A stretch of DNA of 64,000 bases. Origin: a virus. Positions 22,007-31,875 of this stretch are shown piece after piece. The position numbers were made by a program, and so were the translations under genes. The first letter of the stretch is position 1, and each line of letters begins with the position of its first letter. Location: positions 32,001 to 96,000 of IMG/VR virus record IMGVR_UViG_3300023184_000046; one strand, written 5' to 3'. The notes under the pieces were generated by a model. The model did no database searches. It was not told the DNA's origin and saw only the letters and a program-made list of their open reading frames with translations.

Positions 22007-22750
22007 ATGAAAAACATATTATATTTTCTGCATATACCAAAAACGGCAGGTACATCACTTAATAGACTTTTAAAATCTAATTTTGAAAGTGATAAAATTT
22101 ATCCTTTTTCAACTTATCATCAACTTTTCACTAATTCGAAATTAGATTTAGATTCATATGACTTTATACATGGACACTTTACGATGTCTTTAATTCAAAA
22201 TATTAAATCTACAGCAAATACTATAACAGTTTTTAGAAATCCAATAAGCAGGGTAGTTTCTGCTTATAACCATTTTATGAGAGAACCAGAAGCCAATTTC
22301 GAATTTAATTATTTTAAAAAATGTAATATCAAACAAGCTTTGAAAACTTATCCTTGGCTTTTTTCAAATCAACAAGTAAAACATTTGGGTTGGGATACAA
22401 ATGTTTTAAATGTTCCAAGATATAAAATCAAAATTCCTTTTAGTATTGAAAATTGGAATGAATTTTATCAAAATGTTAAAATGAATGAAATTTATGAAAA
22501 AGCATGTAATAATTTAGAAAAATTATTTTTATTTGGTTTTACAGATCGAATTGAAGAATTTATTAATAATTTATTTGTGAAAATGAATTGGGAATTGCCT
22601 TTGGAAATTCCAAGCCAAAATAAAGCTAAAGATAATCAAATTACTGAAACTGATTTAAGTCCAGATATTATTGAAGTAATAGAAAAATTAAATGAATATG
22701 ATATTAGACTTTATCAACATGCAAGAAAAAGATATAAAGAAATTAAATAA
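22007..22750 (+). CDS. Sulfotransferase family 2
   Basis: FLHIPKTAGTS (5'-PSB), FRNPISRVVSAY (3'-PB), NEYDIRLY. Confidence 0.85.
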   Translation: MKNILYFLHIPKTAGTSLNRLLKSNFESDKIYPFSTYHQLFTNSKLDLDSYDFIHGHFTMSLIQNIKSTANTITVFRNPISRVVSAYNHFMREPEANFEFNYFKKCNIKQALKTYPWLFSNQQVKHLGWDTNVLNVPRYKIKIPFSIENWNEFYQNVKMNEIYEKACNNLEKLFLFGFTDRIEEFINNLFVKMNWELPLEIPSQNKAKDNQITETDLSPDIIEVIEKLNEYDIRLYQHARKRYKEIK

Positions 22751-23252
22751 TCCCATAAATAGACCACAAACACTCATCATCAACTTTAGCATTGTTGATC
22801 TTTTCGAAGTAATTAATTAAATCATCTAGACTTCCAAACATGTTTTTGTGTGATAGCATTCCATAATACCAAACTGGAACTAATTCTTTTCCCTCTGGAC
22901 AAACTATGTAGGTTGGTTTATTAGCTTTTATACTTTGAAGTATTTCGCAAGGAACGCCATGAGTTGCAACTTTATAAGGCAAGTAAGCAATTAATCCATC
23001 AACTTTATCGACCATTAAACAATCTTTTATGTAAAATTTTCTAGCTATACTTGCTATCCTATCATAATCTTTTTCTTTTCTTGCTTCTGCTATTTGCTCT
23101 TTCCATTGTTGTTTTGGATCTAAAAATGGATCATAAATATTTAAATCAAATTTTTTTATAATATTATCTTTGAATTCATATCTCCAATTATCTGTTCCAA
23201 ATTCAATTGGAGCAGATAAATAAAATGTCTTTTTTGAAAGAAGGTTATTCAT
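22743..23252 (-). CDS. Nucleoside 2-deoxyribosyltransferase-like protein
   Basis: FYLSAPI, WR, IYDP, D..MVDKVD, THGVPCE. Confidence 0.65.
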   Translation of the reverse strand: MNNLLSKKTFYLSAPIEFGTDNWRYEFKDNIIKKFDLNIYDPFLDPKQQWKEQIAEARKEKDYDRIASIARKFYIKDCLMVDKVDGLIAYLPYKVATHGVPCEILQSIKANKPTYIVCPEGKELVPVWYYGMLSHKNMFGSLDDLINYFEKINNAKVDDECLWSIYGII

Positions 23253-23317
23253 ATATCCTTTTTAATTTATTTTTGCAAAAATGCAACAATATTTATTTTT
23301 TTTTAATATATTATTGT

Positions 23318-23881
23318 ATGAAAACGCTGCTTACTAAAAATCGCAAAGAAAAATTAGATATTTACATTAAGTTGGCAAATTTACTAGATGGAGATTTTGC
23401 TGAAGTTGGTGTTTATAAAGGTGGCAGTGCTGAAATAATAGCAAAAAATAAAAATGAAAATAAAAGCCTTTATCTATTTGATACTTTTGAAGGAATGCCA
23501 GAAGTAAACTTAGATGTTGATAATTTTCATAAAAAAAATGATTTTAATGATGTGTCTTATTCAGATGTTTGTTTGGAATTACGACAGTATAAAAATGTTT
23601 TCATTTACAAGGGACTATTTCCAATTGACCATGGTCATAAAATAAAAGATAGAAAATTCTGTTTGGTTCATATAGATGTTGATATTTATAAAAGTTATAT
23701 TGATTGCTTAAATTTTTTCTATCCAAAAATGGTAGATGGTGGAATTATTGTTTTAGATGATTATGCTTCTCCAACTTGCAAAGGTGCAAAACTAGCAACT
23801 GATGAATTCTTCGCAAATAAACCTGAAAAACCAATATGGGAAGTAAAGCCTCAAGTTTGCATTATTAAACAACCAAAATGA
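23318..23881 (+). CDS. TylF/NovP-family O-methyltransferase
   Basis: GDFAEVGVYKGGS, LFDTFEGMP, VHIDVDIY, GGIIVLDDY; start moved to MKTLL. Confidence 0.85.
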   Translation: MKTLLTKNRKEKLDIYIKLANLLDGDFAEVGVYKGGSAEIIAKNKNENKSLYLFDTFEGMPEVNLDVDNFHKKNDFNDVSYSDVCLELRQYKNVFIYKGLFPIDHGHKIKDRKFCLVHIDVDIYKSYIDCLNFFYPKMVDGGIIVLDDYASPTCKGAKLATDEFFANKPEKPIWEVKPQVCIIKQPK

Positions 23882-24540
23882 TAATAAAAACAAAGTTTAA
23901 AATTTATCCTTCTATTTTCATACACATTCCTAAATGTGCTGGTAGTTCAATTAAAGAAATGTTACAAGATTTAAACGAAGCATCTGATATACATTCTAAA
24001 CTTAAAGATGATATTAAAATATTGAAAAATAAAGAAATTGATATAAAAAGATATTTCATTTTTACAGTTTTAAGAAATCCTTGGGATAGAATGGTTTCTT
24101 ATTATTTTTTTTACAGAGACATTGTTAAAAGAAATGAAAAAATAGCAAATAAAGCTAAGAAATTTGATTTCAAAGATTGGGTTTCTTACATTTATGATAA
24201 TCCGAAAATTTTTAATTTTATTCACGATAATTGTTTAGACTATTTAACATGCGAAGATAAAGTAATTGTTGATTATATTATAAACTTCCATAATTTCTCA
24301 GAAGACATTGATGATTTGAAAAATATTTTACATTTAAAATTGCCTACATTGCATGTTAATTCTTCTAAACATGATTTTTACAAAGACTATTATTCAGAAA
24401 AAGAAATTGAAATAATATCAAAAATTTATAAAAGAGACATTGATTATTTTAATTTTGATTTTGAAAAAACAACTCAAATGAGTAAAATAATAAATGAAGA
24501 AAAAATTAATATTATTAGAAATAAAAAAATTAGTTTATAA
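23878..24540 (+). CDS. Sulfotransferase family 2
   Basis: FIHIPKCAGSSI, LRNPWDRMVSYY, YKRDIDYFNF. Confidence 0.85.
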   Translation: MIIKTKFKIYPSIFIHIPKCAGSSIKEMLQDLNEASDIHSKLKDDIKILKNKEIDIKRYFIFTVLRNPWDRMVSYYFFYRDIVKRNEKIANKAKKFDFKDWVSYIYDNPKIFNFIHDNCLDYLTCEDKVIVDYIINFHNFSEDIDDLKNILHLKLPTLHVNSSKHDFYKDYYSEKEIEIISKIYKRDIDYFNFDFEKTTQMSKIINEEKINIIRNKKISL

Positions 24541-24549
24541 AGGTAAAAT

Positions 24550-24750
24550 ATGATAATTATTCCAACTGAAATCAAATTAAGTGTAAAATTTTTAACTATT
24601 GATGCCAATACTGAGTCAGTAGTCGAAACTAATGATTTTTCATTAGATTTTCAAAAAATTGATAAAACCCTTTTCATAGAAGCTTATGAAGCATTAGAAA
24701 AAATTAAGCAAGAATTGATTGAAAAAAGCAAAAAACTAAATCAATCTTAA
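24550..24750 (+). CDS. Hypothetical protein
   Basis: 66-aa ORF with AAGGT SD. Confidence 0.5.
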   Translation: MIIIPTEIKLSVKFLTIDANTESVVETNDFSLDFQKIDKTLFIEAYEALEKIKQELIEKSKKLNQS

Positions 24751-24761
24751 TACATATTTTT

Positions 24762-25349
24762 ATGAACTTTGCTTTATGGTTAGAAAAAAAAGATATAGAA
24801 CTATATGAATCTATTTTAAATGAAATGGATCGCAGAGAATTTTTAAAAGCTGCTGGTCTTGGATTAGCTGGATTAACTGGTTCTAATGCAGAAGCTGCTC
24901 CTGAAGAAGAACCCAGTAGAAAAAAAGAAATAACTATAAAGCCAATGACAGCTTCTTTGCAAAATGATTCTCCAAATGGCATGTTTTCTATAACAATAGA
25001 AAATGCCAAAGGTAAAAAAACTCATGATATTCAATTTTTAATAAAAAAACAAATTGAGAAATTTTTAAACAACAGACAATTGAAGCTAAAAGATCCTTAT
25101 GTAAATATAGATGTCTATTCTTATTTGACAAATAAAACAAAAGATGATGTTCATGAAAAATTTATTACCACGAAAGATTTATTTATTTCTTATCCTCATG
25201 GTTCTTCATCAAATAAACTAGAAGCTTTTTTAATGAATAATAAGGATGCATATGATAATGATTCTTTAACATTTGTATTTAAATATACAGAGAAAAGACC
25301 TAAAGGTAATGGACAAGGCAATCCTTTGCAAAATCCTTTAAGAAAATAA
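24762..25349 (+). CDS. Tagged protein with internal twin-arginine signal
   Basis: MNFALWLE...ILNE followed by MDRREFLKAAGLGLAGLTGSNAEA. Confidence 0.6.
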   Translation: MNFALWLEKKDIELYESILNEMDRREFLKAAGLGLAGLTGSNAEAAPEEEPSRKKEITIKPMTASLQNDSPNGMFSITIENAKGKKTHDIQFLIKKQIEKFLNNRQLKLKDPYVNIDVYSYLTNKTKDDVHEKFITTKDLFISYPHGSSSNKLEAFLMNNKDAYDNDSLTFVFKYTEKRPKGNGQGNPLQNPLRK

Positions 25350-25544
25350 TTAATTACCTTCAGTTTTTTCTTCTAACCATTCTTTAAAAGATTTAAATTT
25401 CTTCTTTTTTTTCTTGTGCTTAACAACTTTATCAGGCAATTTTGAATAATCAGTTTTCCTTGACCATTCCCCACAATCTACTTTTCCTCCAAATCCGTTA
25501 CTTGCAAAACAAGCCTTCATTTGTGCTTTACTAGAAAATGGCAT
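25350..25544 (-). CDS. Small basic protein with C-terminal FKSFKEWLEE motif
   Basis: Start MPFSSKAQ with GGAG SD. Confidence 0.55.
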   Translation of the reverse strand: MPFSSKAQMKACFASNGFGGKVDCGEWSRKTDYSKLPDKVVKHKKKKKKFKSFKEWLEEKTEGN

Positions 25545-25598
25545 AATTACTCCTAATTTTAAAATTAATAATGATATATATTTGAAAAGGAGATAAAA

Positions 25599-25907
25599 AT
25601 GAAAGATAAATACTTGCTTTACTTGTCTGGAGTTATAAATGAAGAAACTTTTATTAAACAATCAAAAAATATAAAAGAATCCGAAAACAAAGAACTTAAC
25701 AATTATATGTTTTTTCAAAACTTAAATGTTATTAAAAAGTGTATAGAAGATGTGTTAAATATGAATCAGGAAGATGTAGATAATTTATTGGAAGATGGTC
25801 ATGATTGGGCTAACGATCATATTTCTGGAGCAAAGAATTCTATTGAACAAGTATGTGATTGGCTTAGAAATTCAACTAATAAAGATAAAAATATGGAGAA
25901 TATGTAA
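25599..25907 (+). CDS. Hypothetical protein (LLYLSGVINE motif)
   Basis: AGGAG SD; HDWANDHIS. Confidence 0.6.
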   Translation: MKDKYLLYLSGVINEETFIKQSKNIKESENKELNNYMFFQNLNVIKKCIEDVLNMNQEDVDNLLEDGHDWANDHISGAKNSIEQVCDWLRNSTNKDKNMENM

Positions 25908-26683
25908 TGGGAGGCAGTGAATCTATTGTAACTTGTGCAGATAGGAATAATCCAAATTTTCAAGTTTGGGGTGCAATGTCCGATCTTGGATGTAATAAAA
26001 AAAAGAAATATAAATTTAAATCATTCAAAGAATGGATTTCGACAAATAAAATACATCTTGAAGCTATAACTCTAGGAACTGAAGAAGTTGATGAAAGTCA
26101 AATAGATTCTGCTTATCAAAATGCAAAATACGCAGTTCAATTAGTAAAATTATATGATTTGACATTTCCTAAAGGCCAGAAGTTACTTGCAAACATAAGT
26201 ACCATAGCGACTTTAAACCAAGGAGTTTATGGTCTTTATAATTCTAAGGAAAATAAAGAAGTTATATTAAACCAACTTGCTATAAAACCAGAACAGCTTA
26301 ATAAAATTAAAATGACTTTTGGTCAAGATGCAATTGGAAAAGAAAATATTGATGGATTGCCTAGAGATGTAGTAAAAGGTGTATCTCTTAATGTTATTAA
26401 GAAATACATTCCCGAAATTAATGTTTCAAATTTTTCGCCATCTAGTGTCATACATGTAAATGTTCAAAAACATTTGCAAAATCATAAAGATCCAATATCA
26501 GCAGTAATAGAATTAGCAAGCACCATCGTACACGAAGCAACTCACGAATTAGATTTCACAAATACTAATGCAACATCAGAATCAAGTGCTGTAGCAGCAG
26601 AAGGTAAATTCAAAAATTGGGTTAAAAATAACTGGAATATGATAACTCAAAAAATAAAATTTTTTTCAGAAAAGGTAAAGTAA
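25907..26683 (+). CDS. HExxH metallopeptidase-like protein
   Basis: TIVHEATHELD...SESSA; internal FKSFKEW tag. Confidence 0.6.
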   Translation: MGGSESIVTCADRNNPNFQVWGAMSDLGCNKKKKYKFKSFKEWISTNKIHLEAITLGTEEVDESQIDSAYQNAKYAVQLVKLYDLTFPKGQKLLANISTIATLNQGVYGLYNSKENKEVILNQLAIKPEQLNKIKMTFGQDAIGKENIDGLPRDVVKGVSLNVIKKYIPEINVSNFSPSSVIHVNVQKHLQNHKDPISAVIELASTIVHEATHELDFTNTNATSESSAVAAEGKFKNWVKNNWNMITQKIKFFSEKVK

Positions 26684-26686
26684 AAT

Positions 26687-28516
26687 ATGAAAAAATATAA
26701 AAAAATCTTTATTCTTGGTTCAACAGAGCCTCCAATTACTACAACACCAGAACCAACGACCACAACACCAGAACCTACGACCACAACACCAGAACCTACT
26801 ACCACAACAACGGTTGCACCTACTACTACAGAAGCACCTACAACAACAACGACTACTACAGAAGCACCTACAACAACAACGACTACAGAAGCACCTACAA
26901 CAACGACTACTACAGAAGCACCTACAACAACGACTACTACAGAAGCACCTACAACAACGACTACTACAGAAGCACCTACAACAACAACGACTACAGAAGC
27001 ACCTACAACGACTACTACAGAAGCACCTACAACAACAACAACAACGACTACTACAGAAGCACCTACAACAACAACGACTACTACAGAAGCACCTACAACA
27101 ACAACGACTACTACAGAAGCACCTACAACAACAACGACTACAGAAGCACCTACAACAACGACTACTACAGAAGCACCTACAACAACGACTACTACAGAAG
27201 CACCTACAACAACAACGACTACTACAGAAGCACCTACAACAACGACTACTACAGAAGCACCTACAACAACGACTACTACAGAAGCACCTACAACAACAAC
27301 GACTACTACAGAAGCACCTACAACAACAACGACTACAGAAGCACCTACAACGACTACTACAGAAGCACCTACAACAACAACGACTACTACAGAAGCACCT
27401 ACAACAACAACGACTACTACAGAAGCACCTACAACAACAACGACTACTACAGAAGCACCTACAACAACAACGACTACTACAGAAGCACCTACAACAACGG
27501 TTGCACCTACGACAACGGTTGCACCTACGACAACGGTTGCACCTACGACAACGGTTGCACCTACGACAACGGTTGCACCTACGACAACGGTTGCACCTAC
27601 TACGACTACATCAACTACTACCACACCAGAAGTTTGTCCTGCACTTTTTAATAGATTGGCTAATCTTAAAATTAGAAAAAGAAAAATTAAAGAATCTTTA
27701 AAAAACAATAAAGAAATTTATTCTAAAAATGATAAAAATTATAATTATAAATCTTTAAGGAATATGATTGAAGAAATTAAAGATAAAATTAAAAAAATCA
27801 AAAAACAAATTATAGACAATTGTCCAGGTCCAAAATGTGATGCTGCTAAAAAAGCTGTAAGTGACAAAAAAGAAGAAAATAAAAAAAATGAAGCAGATTT
27901 GAAAAGTACACAAGAAGGAATTTTAAAATTAGAAAAATTGGTCAAGGCAAACTTTACTAAAAAAGGAGATGCAGTAGATGAAACAGTTTGTGTAAATAAA
28001 TGTGAAAGCAGCAAAACAGCTTGTTTGAATAATTGTGGTAAAAACCAAAAATGTAAAGTCAACTGTGAAAATAATAGAAAAACTTGTGTTACTAATTGTA
28101 TAGAAACAAATGTACTTGCAAATTTTAAAGTAATCGACAACGCTGTTTTAAAAATTGATCCAATTAATAAAAATATTGCAAAATTAAATTTTGACCTTGA
28201 TGTTTTAAATGATCTGCAAGAAGAAAATCCAACAAATTCTAGGAAAAAAGAAATTGAAAATGTTAAGATAGAAATTGAAAATAAAAATAAAGAATATACA
28301 CAAAAATTGGATGAACTTGGTAACTTGTGTAAAAAAGGTATAAAAAAACATGGAAAAGAATATTCTCCTTTTAAAACTCCAGCTATAAGTTTTAATAATA
28401 TTAAAGATATATTAGCAAAGAAAAGGCTAGCAGAAAAATTACAACTTTATGTAGATAAAGGACGAAAAGAACTAAAGGATTTAGAAGCAAAAAAGAAAGA
28501 GATTTGTGGCAATTGA
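26687..28516 (+). CDS. Mucin-like Thr/Pro-rich protein with Cys-rich coiled-coil C-terminus
   Basis: ~300 aa of EAPTTTTT(T) and VAPTTT repeats; CVNKC...CLNNC...CKVNC...CVTNC. Confidence 0.8.
   Translation: MKKYKKIFILGSTEPPITTTPEPTTTTPEPTTTTPEPTTTTTVAPTTTEAPTTTTTTTEAPTTTTTTEAPTTTTTTEAPTTTTTTEAPTTTTTTEAPTTTTTTEAPTTTTTEAPTTTTTTTTTEAPTTTTTTTEAPTTTTTTTEAPTTTTTTEAPTTTTTTEAPTTTTTTEAPTTTTTTTEAPTTTTTTEAPTTTTTTEAPTTTTTTTEAPTTTTTTEAPTTTTTEAPTTTTTTTEAPTTTTTTTEAPTTTTTTTEAPTTTTTTTEAPTTTVAPTTTVAPTTTVAPTTTVAPTTTVAPTTTVAPTTTTSTTTTPEVCPALFNRLANLKIRKRKIKESLKNNKEIYSKNDKNYNYKSLRNMIEEIKDKIKKIKKQIIDNCPGPKCDAAKKAVSDKKEENKKNEADLKSTQEGILKLEKLVKANFTKKGDAVDETVCVNKCESSKTACLNNCGKNQKCKVNCENNRKTCVTNCIETNVLANFKVIDNAVLKIDPINKNIAKLNFDLDVLNDLQEENPTNSRKKEIENVKIEIENKNKEYTQKLDELGNLCKKGIKKHGKEYSPFKTPAISFNNIKDILAKKRLAEKLQLYVDKGRKELKDLEAKKKEICGN
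26745..27630 (+). repeat. Coding tandem repeat (GAAGCACCT + ACN codons, 24-39 bp units; then 18-bp GTTGCACCTACGACAACG)
   Basis: Directly visible. Confidence 0.95.
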
Positions 28517-28558
28517 TTTATTTATGAATTTATGTTATAATTAAAAAAAGGAAGAAAT

Positions 28559-28894
28559 ATGGATCTTGATGATTTACAAAAAGTTAAAATTATTGTTGAT
28601 TTGGGTAATGGAATTAAATGGACTTATGAAAATATAAATGCTATTATTGCTGAAGATAAGTTAGTAAGTTTAGAAAATCCAAATTCAACAATTCATGTTT
28701 TAAATATAGAAGCTTCATTGGTTACTGTTACAAAAAGTGAAGGCGATGAAGAAAAAAATAAAAAATGCATCGAGAAAATTAAAAATTTAATTCAAGAATT
28801 AAATCCAATTTATACTGATGTTTCATCAGAAGTCAGCTGCACAAAAGATTGCGTTAATTGTGAAAATGGCTGTAACGGAAATTGTTGTTGTTAA
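28559..28894 (+). CDS. Hypothetical protein with Cys-rich tail
   Basis: CTKDCVNCENGCNGNCCC. Confidence 0.6.
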   Translation: MDLDDLQKVKIIVDLGNGIKWTYENINAIIAEDKLVSLENPNSTIHVLNIEASLVTVTKSEGDEEKNKKCIEKIKNLIQELNPIYTDVSSEVSCTKDCVNCENGCNGNCCC

Positions 28895-28923
28895 TTTATT
28901 AAACTACAATCATATATAAATAC

Positions 28924-29118
28924 ATGAAGACTTTTATAGAATTTGTAAAAGATTTGTATGGAGAAGAAATAGTTGGAATATATCCACCTTTATATAACGG
29001 AGTTGGACAATATCCTCCTCTTGCTAATCAAACTGGCTCAGATATGATTTATGTTAAAGCAAGTAGAGATAGCTTAAAAAAGAAAAAGAAAAAGAAAAAG
29101 AAAAAGAAAATTAATTAA
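28924..29118 (+). CDS. Small tagged protein with poly-Lys tail
   Basis: MKTFIEFVKDLYGEE; TATAAATA at 28915-28922. Confidence 0.6.
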   Translation: MKTFIEFVKDLYGEEIVGIYPPLYNGVGQYPPLANQTGSDMIYVKASRDSLKKKKKKKKKKKIN

Positions 29119-29755
29119 ACATTTTCTTAGTTATAAATTTTTTAAATATATCATATTTTTCTTTATTTATAACTCTATCAAAATCAGAATAATATTTATC
29201 ATCAAAATTAAACTTGAAGTAATCAATGTCTTTCTTGAATATTTCAGAAACCATTTTTATATTATCATCATTTTTATAATAATTTTTATAATACTCATGA
29301 TTGCTTTTGTTAACATGAAGCAAATTATCTTTTCTATTTATTATATTTCTTATAAATTCAAAATCTTTCTTTATAGTATGAAGATTACAAATATAATCAA
29401 CAATTATATTATTGTCTTCAGAAATCCAATCAAGTACTGTTCTAATATGAGAATTACTATTTAAGAAAGCATTATATTCATTTTTCAAATAAGTGTCAAA
29501 ACATGGATTTTCATGAATGAACAATTCTTTGGTTTGAAATGAATTACCTGACTTAATCTGATAAAAATAAGACGAAACAATTCTTGTCCAAGGGTTCCTC
29601 GTGCAAGCAAAAACTAAATATTTTTCATATATTCTAGGAAATGATTTTTTGTAATAAGAAGCAGCACGATGCTCTTGATTACTTTTGAAATATTTAGTAA
29701 TAGAAGACCCACCAGTTTTTGGAATATGTATAAATATAAAAGGATTTGTTATCAT
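29111..29755 (-). CDS. Sulfotransferase family 2
   Basis: FIHIPKTGGSSI, RNPWTRIVSSY, KKDIDYFKF. Confidence 0.85.
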   Translation of the reverse strand: MITNPFIFIHIPKTGGSSITKYFKSNQEHRAASYYKKSFPRIYEKYLVFACTRNPWTRIVSSYFYQIKSGNSFQTKELFIHENPCFDTYLKNEYNAFLNSNSHIRTVLDWISEDNNIIVDYICNLHTIKKDFEFIRNIINRKDNLLHVNKSNHEYYKNYYKNDDNIKMVSEIFKKDIDYFKFNFDDKYYSDFDRVINKEKYDIFKKFITKKMFN

Positions 29756-29814
29756 ATTTTATTTATACTTTTAAAATAAAAATTAATATTTTAAAATTAA
29801 CTAGTAAATAAATT

Positions 29815-30267
29815 ATGAAGTTTAAATTTTGGATAATGACAGAAGAATTAATTTCATCTTTACCAAGAGATGATTATGGATCTCCAATTGCATGGGAAGA
29901 AGATAACTACAGAATAACACTTTATAATACTAGCAATTACTTTAATGCTTATTTGATGCACAATGAAAACAATTGGAAACAAATTGGTTCATTGAAAACA
30001 AAAATATCTACAAAAAAAATAAATGGCACTAAAATTAAATACGCTGAAGTTTCTACTATCTCTCTTCATAAAGAACACCAAAATAAAGGCTTTGGAACTC
30101 AGCTTTATAAAATATTATTAAAATATTTGCCAGATGATATTGTTGGTATTGGATCAAATTTACAATACAGACTAAATAAAAAAGAAATACCTAAAATATA
30201 TCAAAAATTAGGATATGAATCTTATAATGATGGTGATTTTCAATTAATAAAAAAAAATACAATTTAA
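29815..30267 (+). CDS. GNAT acetyltransferase with N-terminal tag
   Basis: LHKEHQNKGFGTQLY acetyl-CoA motif A; YQKLGY; MKFKFWIMTEE. Confidence 0.7.
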   Translation: MKFKFWIMTEELISSLPRDDYGSPIAWEEDNYRITLYNTSNYFNAYLMHNENNWKQIGSLKTKISTKKINGTKIKYAEVSTISLHKEHQNKGFGTQLYKILLKYLPDDIVGIGSNLQYRLNKKEIPKIYQKLGYESYNDGDFQLIKKNTI

Positions 30268-30290
30268 AATTTTATTTTATGTAGGTATAA

Positions 30291-30944
30291 ATGAAAATTC
30301 TTAAATTTAGCCATATTACAAAAACTGCTGGATCTACAATAGTGTGGATTGCACATTTAGATAATGTAAAATGGGGCTGGGGCGATGAACAATTCTGGAA
30401 GAATCTTATAGTTTCTTCAAGATATAAGTATAAAGGTTGCATTTGGCATTTTCCAATAAGTTTTTGTGAAAACAAGTTATTAAATGAAACACTTTTAAAG
30501 TATAATTTTTTTACAGTAGTTAGAAACCCATATGAGCGATGTATCAGTGAATATTATTGCAAATGGGGAGGGCCAGAAATTAAATCTAAAGAAAAAAAAG
30601 ATTTCAACTCTTATATTCAAAAAAATCTAATAGATATTAAAAATTTTAAATTTACATCTGGTCATTTTATTCCGCAATTTTTTTATGCATATGACGAAAA
30701 TAATAAAAGAATTATTGAAGATGTATTGAAATATGAAAATATAGAAACTGAATTTAATAATTTGATGAATAAATATAATTATAAATTTAAATTTTTTTAC
30801 GATAAAAATAAAAATTTAATTAAAAAATTCAAACAATGTGATTTTTCAAAAGAAACTATAAAGTTAATACAAGAAGTTTATTATAAAGATTTTATTTTTT
30901 TTAACTATGATTTAGAACCTGTAATAAATACATGTGATTTTTAA
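30291..30944 (+). CDS. Sulfotransferase family 2
   Basis: FSHITKTAGSTI, VRNPYERCISEY, HFIPQ, YYKDFIFFNY. Confidence 0.85.
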   Translation: MKILKFSHITKTAGSTIVWIAHLDNVKWGWGDEQFWKNLIVSSRYKYKGCIWHFPISFCENKLLNETLLKYNFFTVVRNPYERCISEYYCKWGGPEIKSKEKKDFNSYIQKNLIDIKNFKFTSGHFIPQFFYAYDENNKRIIEDVLKYENIETEFNNLMNKYNYKFKFFYDKNKNLIKKFKQCDFSKETIKLIQEVYYKDFIFFNYDLEPVINTCDF

Positions 30945-30969
30945 TTAATAAAATATAAACTTTGAATTT

Positions 30970-31209
30970 TTATTTATCAAGCATTTTTCTTACTCTCATT
31001 AATGATTGTAGATCATTAAACTCATTTTCTGTTAATGGATCTAAACTTGGGCCTGTTGAAATCTTATCTATCATTTTTTCTATAGTTTTAACTATTTCTA
31101 CTTTTATACTATATGCTTTGCTACTGTAAAAACCTGATAAATATGACATTACTGAAAAAAATAAAACTATGAAGAAAATCATTAAAATATCATTGTCATC
31201 TTTTTCCAT
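30970..31209 (-). CDS. Small membrane protein
   Basis: N-terminal hydrophobic helix; AAGGA SD. Confidence 0.55.
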   Translation of the reverse strand: MEKDDNDILMIFFIVLFFSVMSYLSGFYSSKAYSIKVEIVKTIEKMIDKISTGPSLDPLTENEFNDLQSLMRVRKMLDK

Positions 31210-31225
31210 TGTAATATTCCTTTGG

Positions 31226-31810
31226 TTAAATTTTTTGTTTCTCCCTTATTAATATAAACTTGTATTTTTCTATATTCTTCATTGAATCTTCACACCATTC
31301 TTTATGTATTACTAATTTTTTATTTATTAAATAATTTAATTGATCTTTGTAAATTCTTACTGCAATATCATTAGGAGAAAATCCAGAATATATTTTGTGA
31401 GGTAGATTTTCTAGCATCCATTCCAATGATGCTTTGCCAAATATAAAATATTCCTTGCATTTAGTTAACGCTACTTTTGCATTTTGTTCACATGCCTTCT
31501 TTATTGAAAAAACTTTGAATGAATAAAAACTATCTAAGAATTCTGGAGCAGTTTTTATTTCTATTAATTCCTCTTCATCGCCTATTATGTATTTCTTGTC
31601 AACATTATGATTATTTAGATTGTTTTCTATTAAATTACCTGAATTATCAATTCCGTTTTCACTTAATATTACTTTGACTTTCATCCTACTCTCAAATTCA
31701 ATTCTTAAACATTCACCATATATTGATTCTCTCTGAGTATAATCATAAATATTACTCGCAAATACCTCTTCTGATCTATTGTCTTTTCTAAAATACAATG
31801 AATTATTCAT
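31226..31810 (-). CDS. PD-(D/E)xK nuclease-like protein
   Basis: E...NVD...LIEIKT pattern. Confidence 0.5.
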   Translation of the reverse strand: MNNSLYFRKDNRSEEVFASNIYDYTQRESIYGECLRIEFESRMKVKVILSENGIDNSGNLIENNLNNHNVDKKYIIGDEEELIEIKTAPEFLDSFYSFKVFSIKKACEQNAKVALTKCKEYFIFGKASLEWMLENLPHKIYSGFSPNDIAVRIYKDQLNYLINKKLVIHKEWCEDSMKNIEKYKFILIREKQKI

Positions 31811-31875
31811 TATAATATTCTAATATTTAAGTGCTTAAATAGCAATAAAATACAAAGCAAATCATAAATAAATAT

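Noticed and set aside
26647-27708. Poly-Val ORF (minus) and QKHLQQ ORF (26715-27701)
   Set aside because: Shadow frames of the Thr-rich repeat in 26687-28516
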